From positions 1,993 through 65,992 of the forward strand of contig JBNJFB010000005.1 in the NCBI GenBank assembly GCA_051746405.1: a DNA stretch of 64,000 bases, read 5' to 3'. Shown here piece by piece: positions 51,082 through 60,723 of this stretch; position 1 is the first letter of the stretch; each line of letters starts with the position of its first letter. Origin of the DNA: Campylobacterota bacterium (GTDB lineage Bacteria; Campylobacterota; Campylobacteria; Campylobacterales; Arcobacteraceae). The notes below the pieces were generated by a model. The model ran no database searches. It was given only the letters and a program-made list of their open reading frames with translations, and was not told the DNA's origin. Position numbers and translations under genes: made by a program.

Positions 51082-51897
51082 TTACTTAGCTTCTTTTTTT
51101 GTTCCCTCTAAACTCCCATTTTCCAACTTTGAGAGTTTTATTTTAATACTGTTTTTACAAAAAGCACTTTTAATAATTTCTTGTTCCAAAAACATCTTCA
51201 ACTGTTTGTTTTTACCAACACTTCCACCTAAAACTAAATCAGAAAAATCAAATAAACTTATGGCAGTATGAAAGGCATGTGCCAAACCATCATAAAAATT
51301 ATCTATAATTATTTTACTTTCAGGTGTATTTAGTTTATGCAATTTATCAAGCCTATGATAGTATGAAGTTATTTTATAATACTCACACCATCTTTTTATA
51401 GCACTACCACTTACACTTAGTTCAATACAATCATCTCTACCACATCCACATACAAATGGTGTTTTTTTAAAAGGGATATGTCCTATCTCCCCACTTTGAT
51501 TATTTACCCCTCGTACAAGTTTCCCATCGTCAAGAAAAGCACCTCCAAAGCCTGTTCCAATATAAAAAAGTGCCATTGATTTTGAGCCAGTACTTTTATG
51601 TTCTGCTATTGCTGCACAGTTTAAATCATTATCTATTTTTAGTGCAATTTTGTAAGTATCATTTATATATTTTTTAATATTAAAATTTTCTATAGCTATA
51701 CTTGGAGATTTAACTATAACCCCATCTTTTACTTGACCCGCGAAGCTTATAGATATAAACTCTATTTGTTTATTTTTATTTATAATATCATCTAAAAAAG
51801 TTTTTAAGTCAACTGTTTTACTTCCAAGTGATATAATTTGACCATTATCAAACTGATATCTAAAATTTGTACCACCAAAATCTATATAAAGATTCAT
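51082..51897 (-). CDS. ROK-family sugar kinase (putative glucokinase)
   Basis: IDFGGTN, NDLNCAAIAE, GTGFGG, GEIGH, CGCGRDDCIE. Confidence 0.88.
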   Translation of the reverse strand: MNLYIDFGGTNFRYQFDNGQIISLGSKTVDLKTFLDDIINKNKQIEFISISFAGQVKDGVIVKSPSIAIENFNIKKYINDTYKIALKIDNDLNCAAIAEHKSTGSKSMALFYIGTGFGGAFLDDGKLVRGVNNQSGEIGHIPFKKTPFVCGCGRDDCIELSVSGSAIKRWCEYYKITSYYHRLDKLHKLNTPESKIIIDNFYDGLAHAFHTAISLFDFSDLVLGGSVGKNKQLKMFLEQEIIKSAFCKNSIKIKLSKLENGSLEGTKKEAK

Positions 51898-51904
51898 ACT
51901 AAAC

Positions 51905-52885
51905 TTAACTCTCTTTTAATATTTTTGCAGCAGTTTCAGGCAAAAAAGTATTTATCATAATATCACTATCAAGCTCAAATCCAGCAGTTTTGTACAATCT
52001 TGGTATAATTTGAATATGAAATCTATTAGAGTTATGAGTATCTTGTATAGCTCCATTTTTTATAAGCATATTAAAATCACACTCACCCAAAGCTTTTTTG
52101 AGCTTTATAAAACAGTATTGTATAATTTCACTTAAGGAGTAAATCCCTATATCATCTAAATCTAAAATAGAAGATATTTCACCAGTTGCAACTATATTTA
52201 TCTCAAATGAATAACTTGAAGCATAAGGACAAAATGCTATAAAGTAGTTATTCTCAAAAAGTAACCCTTTCATAAAGGTTTTCTCTTCATAAATTAAATC
52301 ATCAAAAAAACATCTATTTGTTTCTTGCTTATATTTACTATACTCTTCAAGGTCAGATGCAATCGTTTTAGGAATAAATGGCGTTGCTATAAGTTGTGAA
52401 TGGGAATGCAAGATAGATGCCCCACCATCTTGTCCATAATTTTTAAATATTGAAAAATAATTCAATCTTATATCTTTTTTAAGGTCATTAATACGAAGTT
52501 TTATGATACTAAAATAATCAAAAAACTCATCAATTGAAAAATCAAACATTTGATGACTATGGACAGGAGTTTCTATGATAACTTCATGTGCTCCAAAAGC
52601 ACTCATATTTTCAAAACATCCTGTTCTATATGATTTTACCTCTTTATCAATACTTAATGCATGATATAAATTTGGAACCACTCTGCATTTCCAGTTTTGC
52701 AAAGTACCAATTCTAGCTAGCTCATTAGGTGTTTGCTCTTCATTTCCTTTCTCAAAAGGACAACTTTCTATATCTTTTTTTGTATGATTATCATCATTTC
52801 TATTAAAACTAAAAGGTCTTCTTGCTCTATTTGGAGCAAATAAAACCCAATTTTTTGTTAGCTTATTATATCTAAATTCTGACAT
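51905..52885 (-). CDS. GalT-like hexose-1-phosphate nucleotidyltransferase
   Basis: RARRP, CPF, VVPNLY, GAHEVIIETP, KNYG..GGASILHSHSQ (HxHxQ). Confidence 0.85.
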   Translation of the reverse strand: MSEFRYNKLTKNWVLFAPNRARRPFSFNRNDDNHTKKDIESCPFEKGNEEQTPNELARIGTLQNWKCRVVPNLYHALSIDKEVKSYRTGCFENMSAFGAHEVIIETPVHSHQMFDFSIDEFFDYFSIIKLRINDLKKDIRLNYFSIFKNYGQDGGASILHSHSQLIATPFIPKTIASDLEEYSKYKQETNRCFFDDLIYEEKTFMKGLLFENNYFIAFCPYASSYSFEINIVATGEISSILDLDDIGIYSLSEIIQYCFIKLKKALGECDFNMLIKNGAIQDTHNSNRFHIQIIPRLYKTAGFELDSDIMINTFLPETAAKILKES

Positions 52886-54972
52886 TATATGTACCAATTC
52901 TTTAAATCTAAATTTTCTATATCTATTATAAAACTATTATATAATGGGAAAGATTGAACTTTATTCGCCCCTTCAAATATAGAAAACTTAAAATCTATTT
53001 TTTTTCCTACTGTTAACTGTTTTGATGAAAACTCTATTTGTATACTATTTTCCAATGAAAAAACATTACAAGAGATATCTTCTTGAATAATATTTTGCTT
53101 ACCTTTTGTAACAAATATTTCAAACTCCTTATCATTTAAAGTAACTATTAATGATATTTTTTTAAAAAGCTTTGCAAAATTTCCATCAAAAAAGAGATAA
53201 AATTTCCCTACATTATAACCATATTTAATATTTTTTACTATATTTTTAGAGCTATCCATAACTGAAAACTCTTTTTTTATATCAATAAAACCACTATTTA
53301 TCCACTCAAAATAATTACTTTTATCACAAGCTAGGTTTTGATAAATAAAACTTAAAGGTTTTGTATGAAAACCATTATTTGAAGTGTCATCAACAATTGG
53401 TCTTAATATTTCTAAAGGTGTTGGAAGCTTTAGATACTCATAAATATTTATAAGGTGCGTTCTAAAAAATGTATCAAACTCTTTGGACTGAACAGTAAAA
53501 TGGTCATCTCCATACCACCAAAACCAATCACTTGCCAATGCCACCATAAATTCATTTTCAATAAGCTGTAGAGTTTTTTTATCTAAAGAGTTTTTATATT
53601 TATCAAAATCCCTTTTTGTAATACTTAAAAGCTCCCAAGCTCTATTTTTTTGTTTACTTCCTATCCAAATATCAAAGTTTCCATTTATCCAACTTCCACT
53701 ATGTATATGTGATAATGTTTCGCATACTATTTGTTTATCATGAGTTACTTCATCCATTGTTACTGTTTCTATCCAAGAAGTACTTTCAAATAAGCTATAT
53801 AGTTCATTAAAAAACTCAAATGCATTATTTGGAAAAAACTCCCAAGCATTTTCTCCATCAAGTATAACATTAACTAATGGCATAAAATCACATGAGTTAT
53901 ATATCTCTTGCAAATGCTCTACAAATCTTTTTGCAGCTACTTTTGGTTCTATATTACTATACTCAAAACCTATTAAGTCACTTAAGTAATGGTCTCTAAA
54001 TCTCACATCAATAACACCATTTTGTGTTTGTAACTGATAATTTTTATAGATATCTTTTTTCTCTCTTTTGTTAGGTGATTTAAAAAGAGTCTCTTCATCA
54101 CTACAAAACCATTGCAAACCATTTTTTGTAAATAATTCAGCAGTATCCTGACTTACACTACCCTCTGCAGGCCAAAAACCCTTTGTTTTCTTTCCAAATC
54201 TATTTTCAAAAAATTGTATTGCATCTTCTGTATTTTTTATACCAAACTCCTTAAAAGAAGCTAACTTTTCTGGCATAACCACATCATGTTTTGCTTTTTT
54301 TGCATTTGAAAAGTCAAGTAATAATGGTGTGATTGGATGAAAATAAGGAGTGGTACAAACTGTTATTTTATTCTCACTATCTAACTTTTTATACAACTGT
54401 ATTATAGATGGTAAAAATGCAACTAGTTCATTTATAAGTTTTATTTTCTCTTCTTGTGAAAAATTATCTCCTTTTGCTAAAAGGAACTTAACCTCTTCAT
54501 TGGAAGTTCTTAAATATACACCACACCATGATAAAAGAAATAATACCTGTGTATCTAAAAGCTCACTAGAACTAAAATCTTGTATAGTTTTATGTGTATT
54601 GTATTTTAAATAAAGCTCATAATATCTTTTAAGAGGTTTTATCATATTTTTTTCATTTGATAAAAAAAGATAACTTTGAAGATACTCTTTATCATGAGTA
54701 GTAAGGTTTACTATATCTTTTTTTAAAGTCTCAAGTAGTTTATCATTTGCACTATTATCTATATATGACTCTATTTGACGCACTAATGAGGGAACTAGGT
54801 TAAAAGTAGTTTTAAGATTAGGAAATAAACTACCATACCAAGGTATATCATAATAGTCTTTTATTGAGTGTAAAAATACCCAAGGAAACAGTGTTTTATC
54901 TGACTTATCATCTTTATAATATGGCTGATGCATATGCCATAAAAATGCTAGTTTTAATTTTTTTTCACTCAT
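52885..54972 (-). CDS. GH57 amylopullulanase-like glycoside hydrolase
   Basis: WHMHQP, GFWPAEG nucleophile, ILDGENAWE acid/base, ASDWFWW. Confidence 0.88.
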   Translation of the reverse strand: MSEKKLKLAFLWHMHQPYYKDDKSDKTLFPWVFLHSIKDYYDIPWYGSLFPNLKTTFNLVPSLVRQIESYIDNSANDKLLETLKKDIVNLTTHDKEYLQSYLFLSNEKNMIKPLKRYYELYLKYNTHKTIQDFSSSELLDTQVLFLLSWCGVYLRTSNEEVKFLLAKGDNFSQEEKIKLINELVAFLPSIIQLYKKLDSENKITVCTTPYFHPITPLLLDFSNAKKAKHDVVMPEKLASFKEFGIKNTEDAIQFFENRFGKKTKGFWPAEGSVSQDTAELFTKNGLQWFCSDEETLFKSPNKREKKDIYKNYQLQTQNGVIDVRFRDHYLSDLIGFEYSNIEPKVAAKRFVEHLQEIYNSCDFMPLVNVILDGENAWEFFPNNAFEFFNELYSLFESTSWIETVTMDEVTHDKQIVCETLSHIHSGSWINGNFDIWIGSKQKNRAWELLSITKRDFDKYKNSLDKKTLQLIENEFMVALASDWFWWYGDDHFTVQSKEFDTFFRTHLINIYEYLKLPTPLEILRPIVDDTSNNGFHTKPLSFIYQNLACDKSNYFEWINSGFIDIKKEFSVMDSSKNIVKNIKYGYNVGKFYLFFDGNFAKLFKKISLIVTLNDKEFEIFVTKGKQNIIQEDISCNVFSLENSIQIEFSSKQLTVGKKIDFKFSIFEGANKVQSFPLYNSFIIDIENLDLKNWYI

Positions 54973-54978
54973 GATTTA

Positions 54979-56970
54979 TTATATATCTTTTATTGTAAAT
55001 TGCATTATTGTATTGAAACTTTTAACAAAATCAAATACAAAACCAAAACTTATCCCTTGATTTGTAATATCAAGCCCTTTTTCACTTTGACTAATAGTGT
55101 TTAGTGGTACTATTAATATATCAATATCTTTTTGAAAACTAAAACTTATTATCTTTTTTGTATATCTATCTTTAATTATAAGTTCACTTGTATGTAGCTT
55201 TAAAGTTGATTGATTATCTTCTAAGATAAGATTATTAAAACTCACTTCTTGTATATTAGCAAAATGTAGATTCCACTCATGAAAATAGTAAAGTTTTTTA
55301 GTAAAACTACTCTTTAAGCCTATGTCTATTTCTATACTATTTTTTAAAAATTTATAAGATTTTTCAATCTTTGTATCAAACTTCTTATCTAAATAGATAC
55401 CACCATCTCTTTTTAAAGAGATTTTTTTTGATCTATTTTTACTCTCTTCATAAGGCTGATTTGCAAAATCTCCTAACTCATGAAAACTATTATTAAAAAA
55501 GCTTTCACAGGATATTGCATTTACAATATGATCAATAGCTGATTTTTTTAAATACCAATCTATAATAATCTTCATATCTTCTTTTAGTAGAAGTTTATTA
55601 TCGTGAATAGTTATTAACTCTTCTTTTTCTTCTAAACTACTATCACCTATTACTATTTCCTTATGATAGGCTTCTTCATGTCTTGTGAGTGTATTTTGTA
55701 GATTATATTTTTCATCTAATAAATCAAGTTCAACTATTTGTCCTCCATGTTTAGATGATATAATAGTAAGAAGGTTTTCACTTTTAAATTTATATTCATC
55801 ATACCCATCCATATCAATATCAATAGTCTCTTTTGATGTTTTAAGCATGGTTTCACAATCTATTATATACTTATATGTATTATCTCTTAAATTTGGAAGA
55901 TATATACCTCCAAATACACCATGCCATAATACATCATTACATTGTGATTTATAAAGTGCTTCTTTATATTTTGTACTTGTACCTTGTTTGTTAGAAAGTT
56001 CTAAAAATCTTTTTTGAATCCAGTTACTCTCTTGATATTTATTAAAAAAATTCTTCCATGTGCCCCCATTAATAAAATGAGATAGCTCTCTTTGAGAATT
56101 CATTAATGAGTCAACTTTAATTGCTTCAGCACACTTTAATGACCACTTCCCCATTTCTGAATATGATACTGTTGGTAAATATACCAAACCTAAAGGTTTA
56201 TTTTCCATATAGTAGTCTTTAAACGTTTTACACTCTATTTTCTCATCTGCTAAAGTTTGAGTAATAAAATCTTCTAACCATTTTTTTTCATATACTGTCT
56301 CATATGTTTTTGGCCATATTCCAAACTTTTCCCCATCATCAAAAAGAATAGCTGCATTTTTTCCTTGTGTATTCTCAAAACTATGAAGAAGATTATTTGT
56401 AGTTTCTAAATCATAAAAAGGAATAGCATATCGTAACTCTTGATTTATAGGAAATATCCCTATAGAGTCACCGCCCTCTTCTGTAATGAAATATCCTGTT
56501 GTATCTTTAACATCAACTCCTGTAGAAATAAGATGATAATCATCTACTATTACATACTCAACGTTACACTGCTTTATATCTCTTATAATACTATTGTCCC
56601 AAACCCTTTCAGTAAGCCATAGACCTTTTGGAGTTTGGTTAAAGTGTTTTTTTATATAGTTTGATAGCTTTTTTATTTGAGCTATTCTATCTACAGCTGG
56701 AATAGAGGCTAAAATTGGCTCATAAAACCCTCCTGTAAAAAACTCTATTTGTTTTGATAGTGATTTTATAAGTGAAAAAAGCTCCTTATCATTTTTTTGT
56801 ATAAACTCTAAAAGCCATCCACTAAAATGAACAGAAAATTTAAAATCAGGAAACTTTTGAACTGTTTGAAAAAAAGGCTTATAAGATTTCTCAATCGCAT
56901 CATATATTACATAATCAAAATTATCAATTGGTTGATGAGAGTGAACCCCTAAAAGAAATGTTGTTTTCAT
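54979..56970 (-). CDS. GH57 4-alpha-glucanotransferase / alpha-amylase
   Basis: HSHQP, GLWLTERVW, FDDGEKFG, SQCNDVLWHG. Confidence 0.88.
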   Translation of the reverse strand: MKTTFLLGVHSHQPIDNFDYVIYDAIEKSYKPFFQTVQKFPDFKFSVHFSGWLLEFIQKNDKELFSLIKSLSKQIEFFTGGFYEPILASIPAVDRIAQIKKLSNYIKKHFNQTPKGLWLTERVWDNSIIRDIKQCNVEYVIVDDYHLISTGVDVKDTTGYFITEEGGDSIGIFPINQELRYAIPFYDLETTNNLLHSFENTQGKNAAILFDDGEKFGIWPKTYETVYEKKWLEDFITQTLADEKIECKTFKDYYMENKPLGLVYLPTVSYSEMGKWSLKCAEAIKVDSLMNSQRELSHFINGGTWKNFFNKYQESNWIQKRFLELSNKQGTSTKYKEALYKSQCNDVLWHGVFGGIYLPNLRDNTYKYIIDCETMLKTSKETIDIDMDGYDEYKFKSENLLTIISSKHGGQIVELDLLDEKYNLQNTLTRHEEAYHKEIVIGDSSLEEKEELITIHDNKLLLKEDMKIIIDWYLKKSAIDHIVNAISCESFFNNSFHELGDFANQPYEESKNRSKKISLKRDGGIYLDKKFDTKIEKSYKFLKNSIEIDIGLKSSFTKKLYYFHEWNLHFANIQEVSFNNLILEDNQSTLKLHTSELIIKDRYTKKIISFSFQKDIDILIVPLNTISQSEKGLDITNQGISFGFVFDFVKSFNTIMQFTIKDI

Positions 56971-57031
56971 ATTTTAACCCCTTATTTGGTTGTACTAATG
57001 TTATTCTTATTTAATCACAGTTTAATTACAA

Positions 57032-58456
57032 TTACTGATATAGCTCTATATATCTTAAAGCAGAGTGTTCCCAGGAGTTATCAACTGCCATATTATGCTT
57101 TGAAATAGTTTCAAACTTTTGATGATTTGCATAGAGACTTAAAGCTTTTGCAATAGCATGCATAAACCAAAAGATATTTTGCTCTTCATATGTGATACCT
57201 ATACCTATATACTCATTAAGACTTGAATAATCCACATCTGTAAAATCAACCACACTATCTTTAAGTCCTCCAGTTTTTGCAACTATTGGTAAAACACCAT
57301 ATTTCATACCTATCATTTGATTCAATCCACAAGGTTCAAAAATAGATGGCATAAGTAAAAAATCCGCAGCTGCATATAGTTTTCTTGAAAAACTCTCTTC
57401 ATATCCAACTTTTATATAAACATTAGGATAACTAACGGAAATATTATTGAAAATTGTTTCGTAATGCTTTTCTCCACTTCCAAGTATGATAAAGTTTGCT
57501 TCAAAATCTTTTAAAAGATTTAAACTCTCTATAAGTAAATCAATACCTTTTTGATTTGTAAACCTACCTATAAAAATAAAAAGTGGCTTTTGACTGCGTT
57601 TAAAACCTATATCTGCTAAAAGTTGTTGTTTATTTTCATTTTTATTTTTATAGTTTTTTAGTGTAAACTTTTTATATATATTTAAATCAATTTTAGGATT
57701 AAACACCTCATAGCTTATTCCATTTAAGATTCCAGAAAGTTTATAATTGTTTGCAATAAGTGTGTGCTCTAAGTCATTACCAAAAAGCTTTGTTTGAATC
57801 TCATTTGCATATGTGGGACTAACAGTTGTGATTTTATCACTATAAAAAATACCAGCTTTAAGAAAATTTACTTCATCGTGATACTCTAAAGCTTCTTTCT
57901 TAAAACACTTATCCCAAGAAAGTTCAAGTAAATCAACACTATTTTTTGGATAAATTCCTTGATAAGCAAGATTATGAATAGTAAGAATTATCTTTTGTGA
58001 TAACTTATATTTTGTTTTTGCCAATAGTGCAATCAGTGCTGTTTGCCAATCGTTTATATGAATAGCAGATATTTCTAAATTCATATGAAAAATTACTTCT
58101 ATACATGCATAAGAAAAGAGTCCAAACCTTAAAGCATTGTCACCAAAATCACCATATCCATCATAATACAGCCCTTCTCTATCACATAAAATTGGATTAT
58201 ATATAAAAAGTTCATATCTATTATTTTTATTATGAAATATATCAAACTGATGGGATACACCATTTAAAGTATAATAAAATGTACAATGAGCGTACTGTAA
58301 ATTAAACTTATTTCTATCTATTGTTTGATAAAGTGGCAACACAGTATAAACATCTATGGTATTTCTTAATGCTTCAGGTAAACTTTGTGAAACATCACCA
58401 AGCCCACCACTTTTAGCATAAGGATACATCTCGCTTGTACAAAATAGTAGTGCCAT
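57032..58456 (-). CDS. glgA: Glycogen synthase (GT5)
   Basis: PYAKSGGLGDV, HINDWQT, TIHNLAYQG, RFTNQKG, PSIFEPCGL, TGGLKD; start trimmed to MALLF. Confidence 0.93.
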   Translation of the reverse strand: MALLFCTSEMYPYAKSGGLGDVSQSLPEALRNTIDVYTVLPLYQTIDRNKFNLQYAHCTFYYTLNGVSHQFDIFHNKNNRYELFIYNPILCDREGLYYDGYGDFGDNALRFGLFSYACIEVIFHMNLEISAIHINDWQTALIALLAKTKYKLSQKIILTIHNLAYQGIYPKNSVDLLELSWDKCFKKEALEYHDEVNFLKAGIFYSDKITTVSPTYANEIQTKLFGNDLEHTLIANNYKLSGILNGISYEVFNPKIDLNIYKKFTLKNYKNKNENKQQLLADIGFKRSQKPLFIFIGRFTNQKGIDLLIESLNLLKDFEANFIILGSGEKHYETIFNNISVSYPNVYIKVGYEESFSRKLYAAADFLLMPSIFEPCGLNQMIGMKYGVLPIVAKTGGLKDSVVDFTDVDYSSLNEYIGIGITYEEQNIFWFMHAIAKALSLYANHQKFETISKHNMAVDNSWEHSALRYIELYQ

Positions 58457-58457
58457 T

Positions 58458-60050
58458 TTATCTCTCCTTTTTTGTGCAGTATATTCTATAATCACAAAAA
58501 CTAAATAGGGAGTTTTTAGACTCAATCTCTTCTAAAAACTCATAATCTATATCTTCATTAATCATTTCTAATAACATTTGAAAATTACTTATATGCTCTT
58601 TTGTTCTTTTAATACTATATTCAGTAGCTGTTTGAGTTGTCATCAAAAATGCCCAATCACTACTTTGTGCTAGCAATAACTCTCTGTGCATTTGATTTAA
58701 TAACCTTGTATTATTAGAACTTGTACCATCTTTATATCTATTTGCTAACTCTTCCATAGTATCAGCCATGTTATGCAAATGTCTATATATCCAAGAGTTT
58801 CCTTCATTTAACCATACATCATAGTACCCCTTATCTCCCCATGATGAAGCAGATGGACTTATTACTTGATTTTGTGAATACATAGAGAGATACTCAAGAG
58901 GTGTTACAGCTTTAAAAACTTTATGCTTATCAATCTCTTTAAAAATATTGTAGATAAACTCAGGACCCTCAAACCACCAATGACCAAAAAGTTCAGCATC
59001 ATATGGAGACACAACCATAGGAGTTCTGTTCATATTTGATTTTAAAAACTCAAATTGCTTATCTCTTTTAAAGTGAAAATCTTTTGCATGTTCCACTGTT
59101 TTTTGTGAAGCAATTAATGGATTATATACCTCTTTATAATCAGTTTCCCCTGTTACTTTATGATATTTAAATCCAGTAAACTCTCTATTTCCACTAGGGT
59201 CAATATGCTCTTTTATATAATCAAACTCTAAGTCATACCCAATATCTCTATAAAAATCTCTATAGTTGAGATCTCCTGGATAGCCCTCTTTTGAACTCCA
59301 TACTTGCTTTGCAGAGTGAGGGTCTCTAGCAAAAGCTGCAACTTCATTTGTGGTATATACAGGTGCATAAACACCATTTGTAGATGTGGGATTGCCATAT
59401 ACTAAGCCATGTGAATCCATAAAGAAAAATTCAATTTCATTATCTTTTAAAATCTCATCAAGCCCTTCATAATATGCACACTCAGGGAGCCATATTCCTT
59501 TTGGAGCTTTTTTAAAATGCCTTTTATGAGACTCTACAGCTACTTCAATTTGAACTTCAACTGCTCTTTTATTTGGCTTTAAAAGAGGAAGAAAGCCATG
59601 GGTTGCAGCACAAGTTATAACCTCTATTTTTCTAAGGTCATTAAAATATCTATATCCATTTAAAATATTCCTATCTAAAACATTTATAAAAAAATCTTTA
59701 GTTTTTGTATATAAGTCTTGATAAAATAGAGCTAAATCCTTATAGTTTATATCATTTGCCGTTCTTTTAACCTCTTTTTTTGCTAAAAGAAGCTGATTTT
59801 TAAGATGATTTTCATATTTTTTCATAAGATGTTCATCATCTAACATCTGAGCTAGGGGAGGAGTTATAGAAATAGTAAGCCTAAAATCTATATTTTCAGA
59901 CTCAAGTTGTTTAAGTCTGCTTAAAAGTGGTATATAACATTCAGTAATAGCCTCAAATAGCCAATGCTCTTCTAGAAAATAGTCATATTTTGGATGTTTT
60001 ACAAACGGTAAATGTGAATGAAGTACTGGTACCCAATATCCTTTTATCAT
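58458..60050 (-). CDS. GH57 1,4-alpha-glucan branching enzyme (DUF1957)
   Basis: HSHLP, EEHWLFEA, GIWLPEC, PYDAELFGHWWFEG, AQSSDWAF. Confidence 0.92.
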   Translation of the reverse strand: MIKGYWVPVLHSHLPFVKHPKYDYFLEEHWLFEAITECYIPLLSRLKQLESENIDFRLTISITPPLAQMLDDEHLMKKYENHLKNQLLLAKKEVKRTANDINYKDLALFYQDLYTKTKDFFINVLDRNILNGYRYFNDLRKIEVITCAATHGFLPLLKPNKRAVEVQIEVAVESHKRHFKKAPKGIWLPECAYYEGLDEILKDNEIEFFFMDSHGLVYGNPTSTNGVYAPVYTTNEVAAFARDPHSAKQVWSSKEGYPGDLNYRDFYRDIGYDLEFDYIKEHIDPSGNREFTGFKYHKVTGETDYKEVYNPLIASQKTVEHAKDFHFKRDKQFEFLKSNMNRTPMVVSPYDAELFGHWWFEGPEFIYNIFKEIDKHKVFKAVTPLEYLSMYSQNQVISPSASSWGDKGYYDVWLNEGNSWIYRHLHNMADTMEELANRYKDGTSSNNTRLLNQMHRELLLAQSSDWAFLMTTQTATEYSIKRTKEHISNFQMLLEMINEDIDYEFLEEIESKNSLFSFCDYRIYCTKKER

Positions 60051-60577
60051 AGTTTTTCTCCTAAATCTTTAGAGCTTAAATACTCACAAGATATATTACT
60101 ATACTCTTGTATTCTTTTAGTTTTTTTTAGATAAGTTGCATAAATAATATCTTTATTAATAATTTTTATATTATCTGATTCCATAAGATTTTTAATTATC
60201 ATACCGTCTTTATAAACAGCTATAACTTTTATCTCTTTTAAAGATGAATTTGTAGTATCTATATTATAAAAATACTCACCATATAAATATTCACACTTTA
60301 TATTAGCAAGTAAATTCTGTTTTTGATCAACTATATGAAAAAAAATATCATCTAAACTTATACTATTTTTATCTAAAAACTCCTCTGTAAACTCCCAATA
60401 AAAATATGATCTACTTTTATTTACAGGTAGCATTACCAATTTATTTTTATAATATCTTGTTGGAATAATATAATCTTTTTCTTCAACTACATTATCTGCT
60501 ACAATCGTATCAATAGAGTGTATACTACTAGTAAAGTTTCCTGTAGTTAAACTTTCATTTATTAAATTCTCTTTCAT
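60047..60577 (-). CDS. DUF4912-like protein
   Basis: LVMLPV...YFYWE motif; directly upstream of the GH57 branching enzyme; start at ATG 60577 for RBS spacing. Confidence 0.65.
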   Translation of the reverse strand: MKENLINESLTTGNFTSSIHSIDTIVADNVVEEKDYIIPTRYYKNKLVMLPVNKSRSYFYWEFTEEFLDKNSISLDDIFFHIVDQKQNLLANIKCEYLYGEYFYNIDTTNSSLKEIKVIAVYKDGMIIKNLMESDNIKIINKDIIYATYLKKTKRIQEYSNISCEYLSSKDLGEKL

Positions 60578-60723
60578 ATTTAGCAATCTCCTTATATCAT
60601 AAATTATATCGCTAAATAGTTACAAATCAGTTATATAGAAAAAAATTTAAGGTTAAGGCTAATATGTAACTAAAATGTATCTAAAGGTAAGTAAAATAGA
60701 GTAACTTTTAATTAGGATAGATA

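Noticed and set aside
41517-60681. Possible shared operator GTAAC-N6-GTTAC (perfect at 44010-44025; degenerate at 41517-41532, 60608-60623, 60666-60681)
   Set aside because: Only one perfect copy exists, a similar match occurs outside the cluster (18496-18511), and the half-site resembles GTTA(T/C)AAT extended -10 boxes in AT-rich DNA; needs a motif-enrichment test
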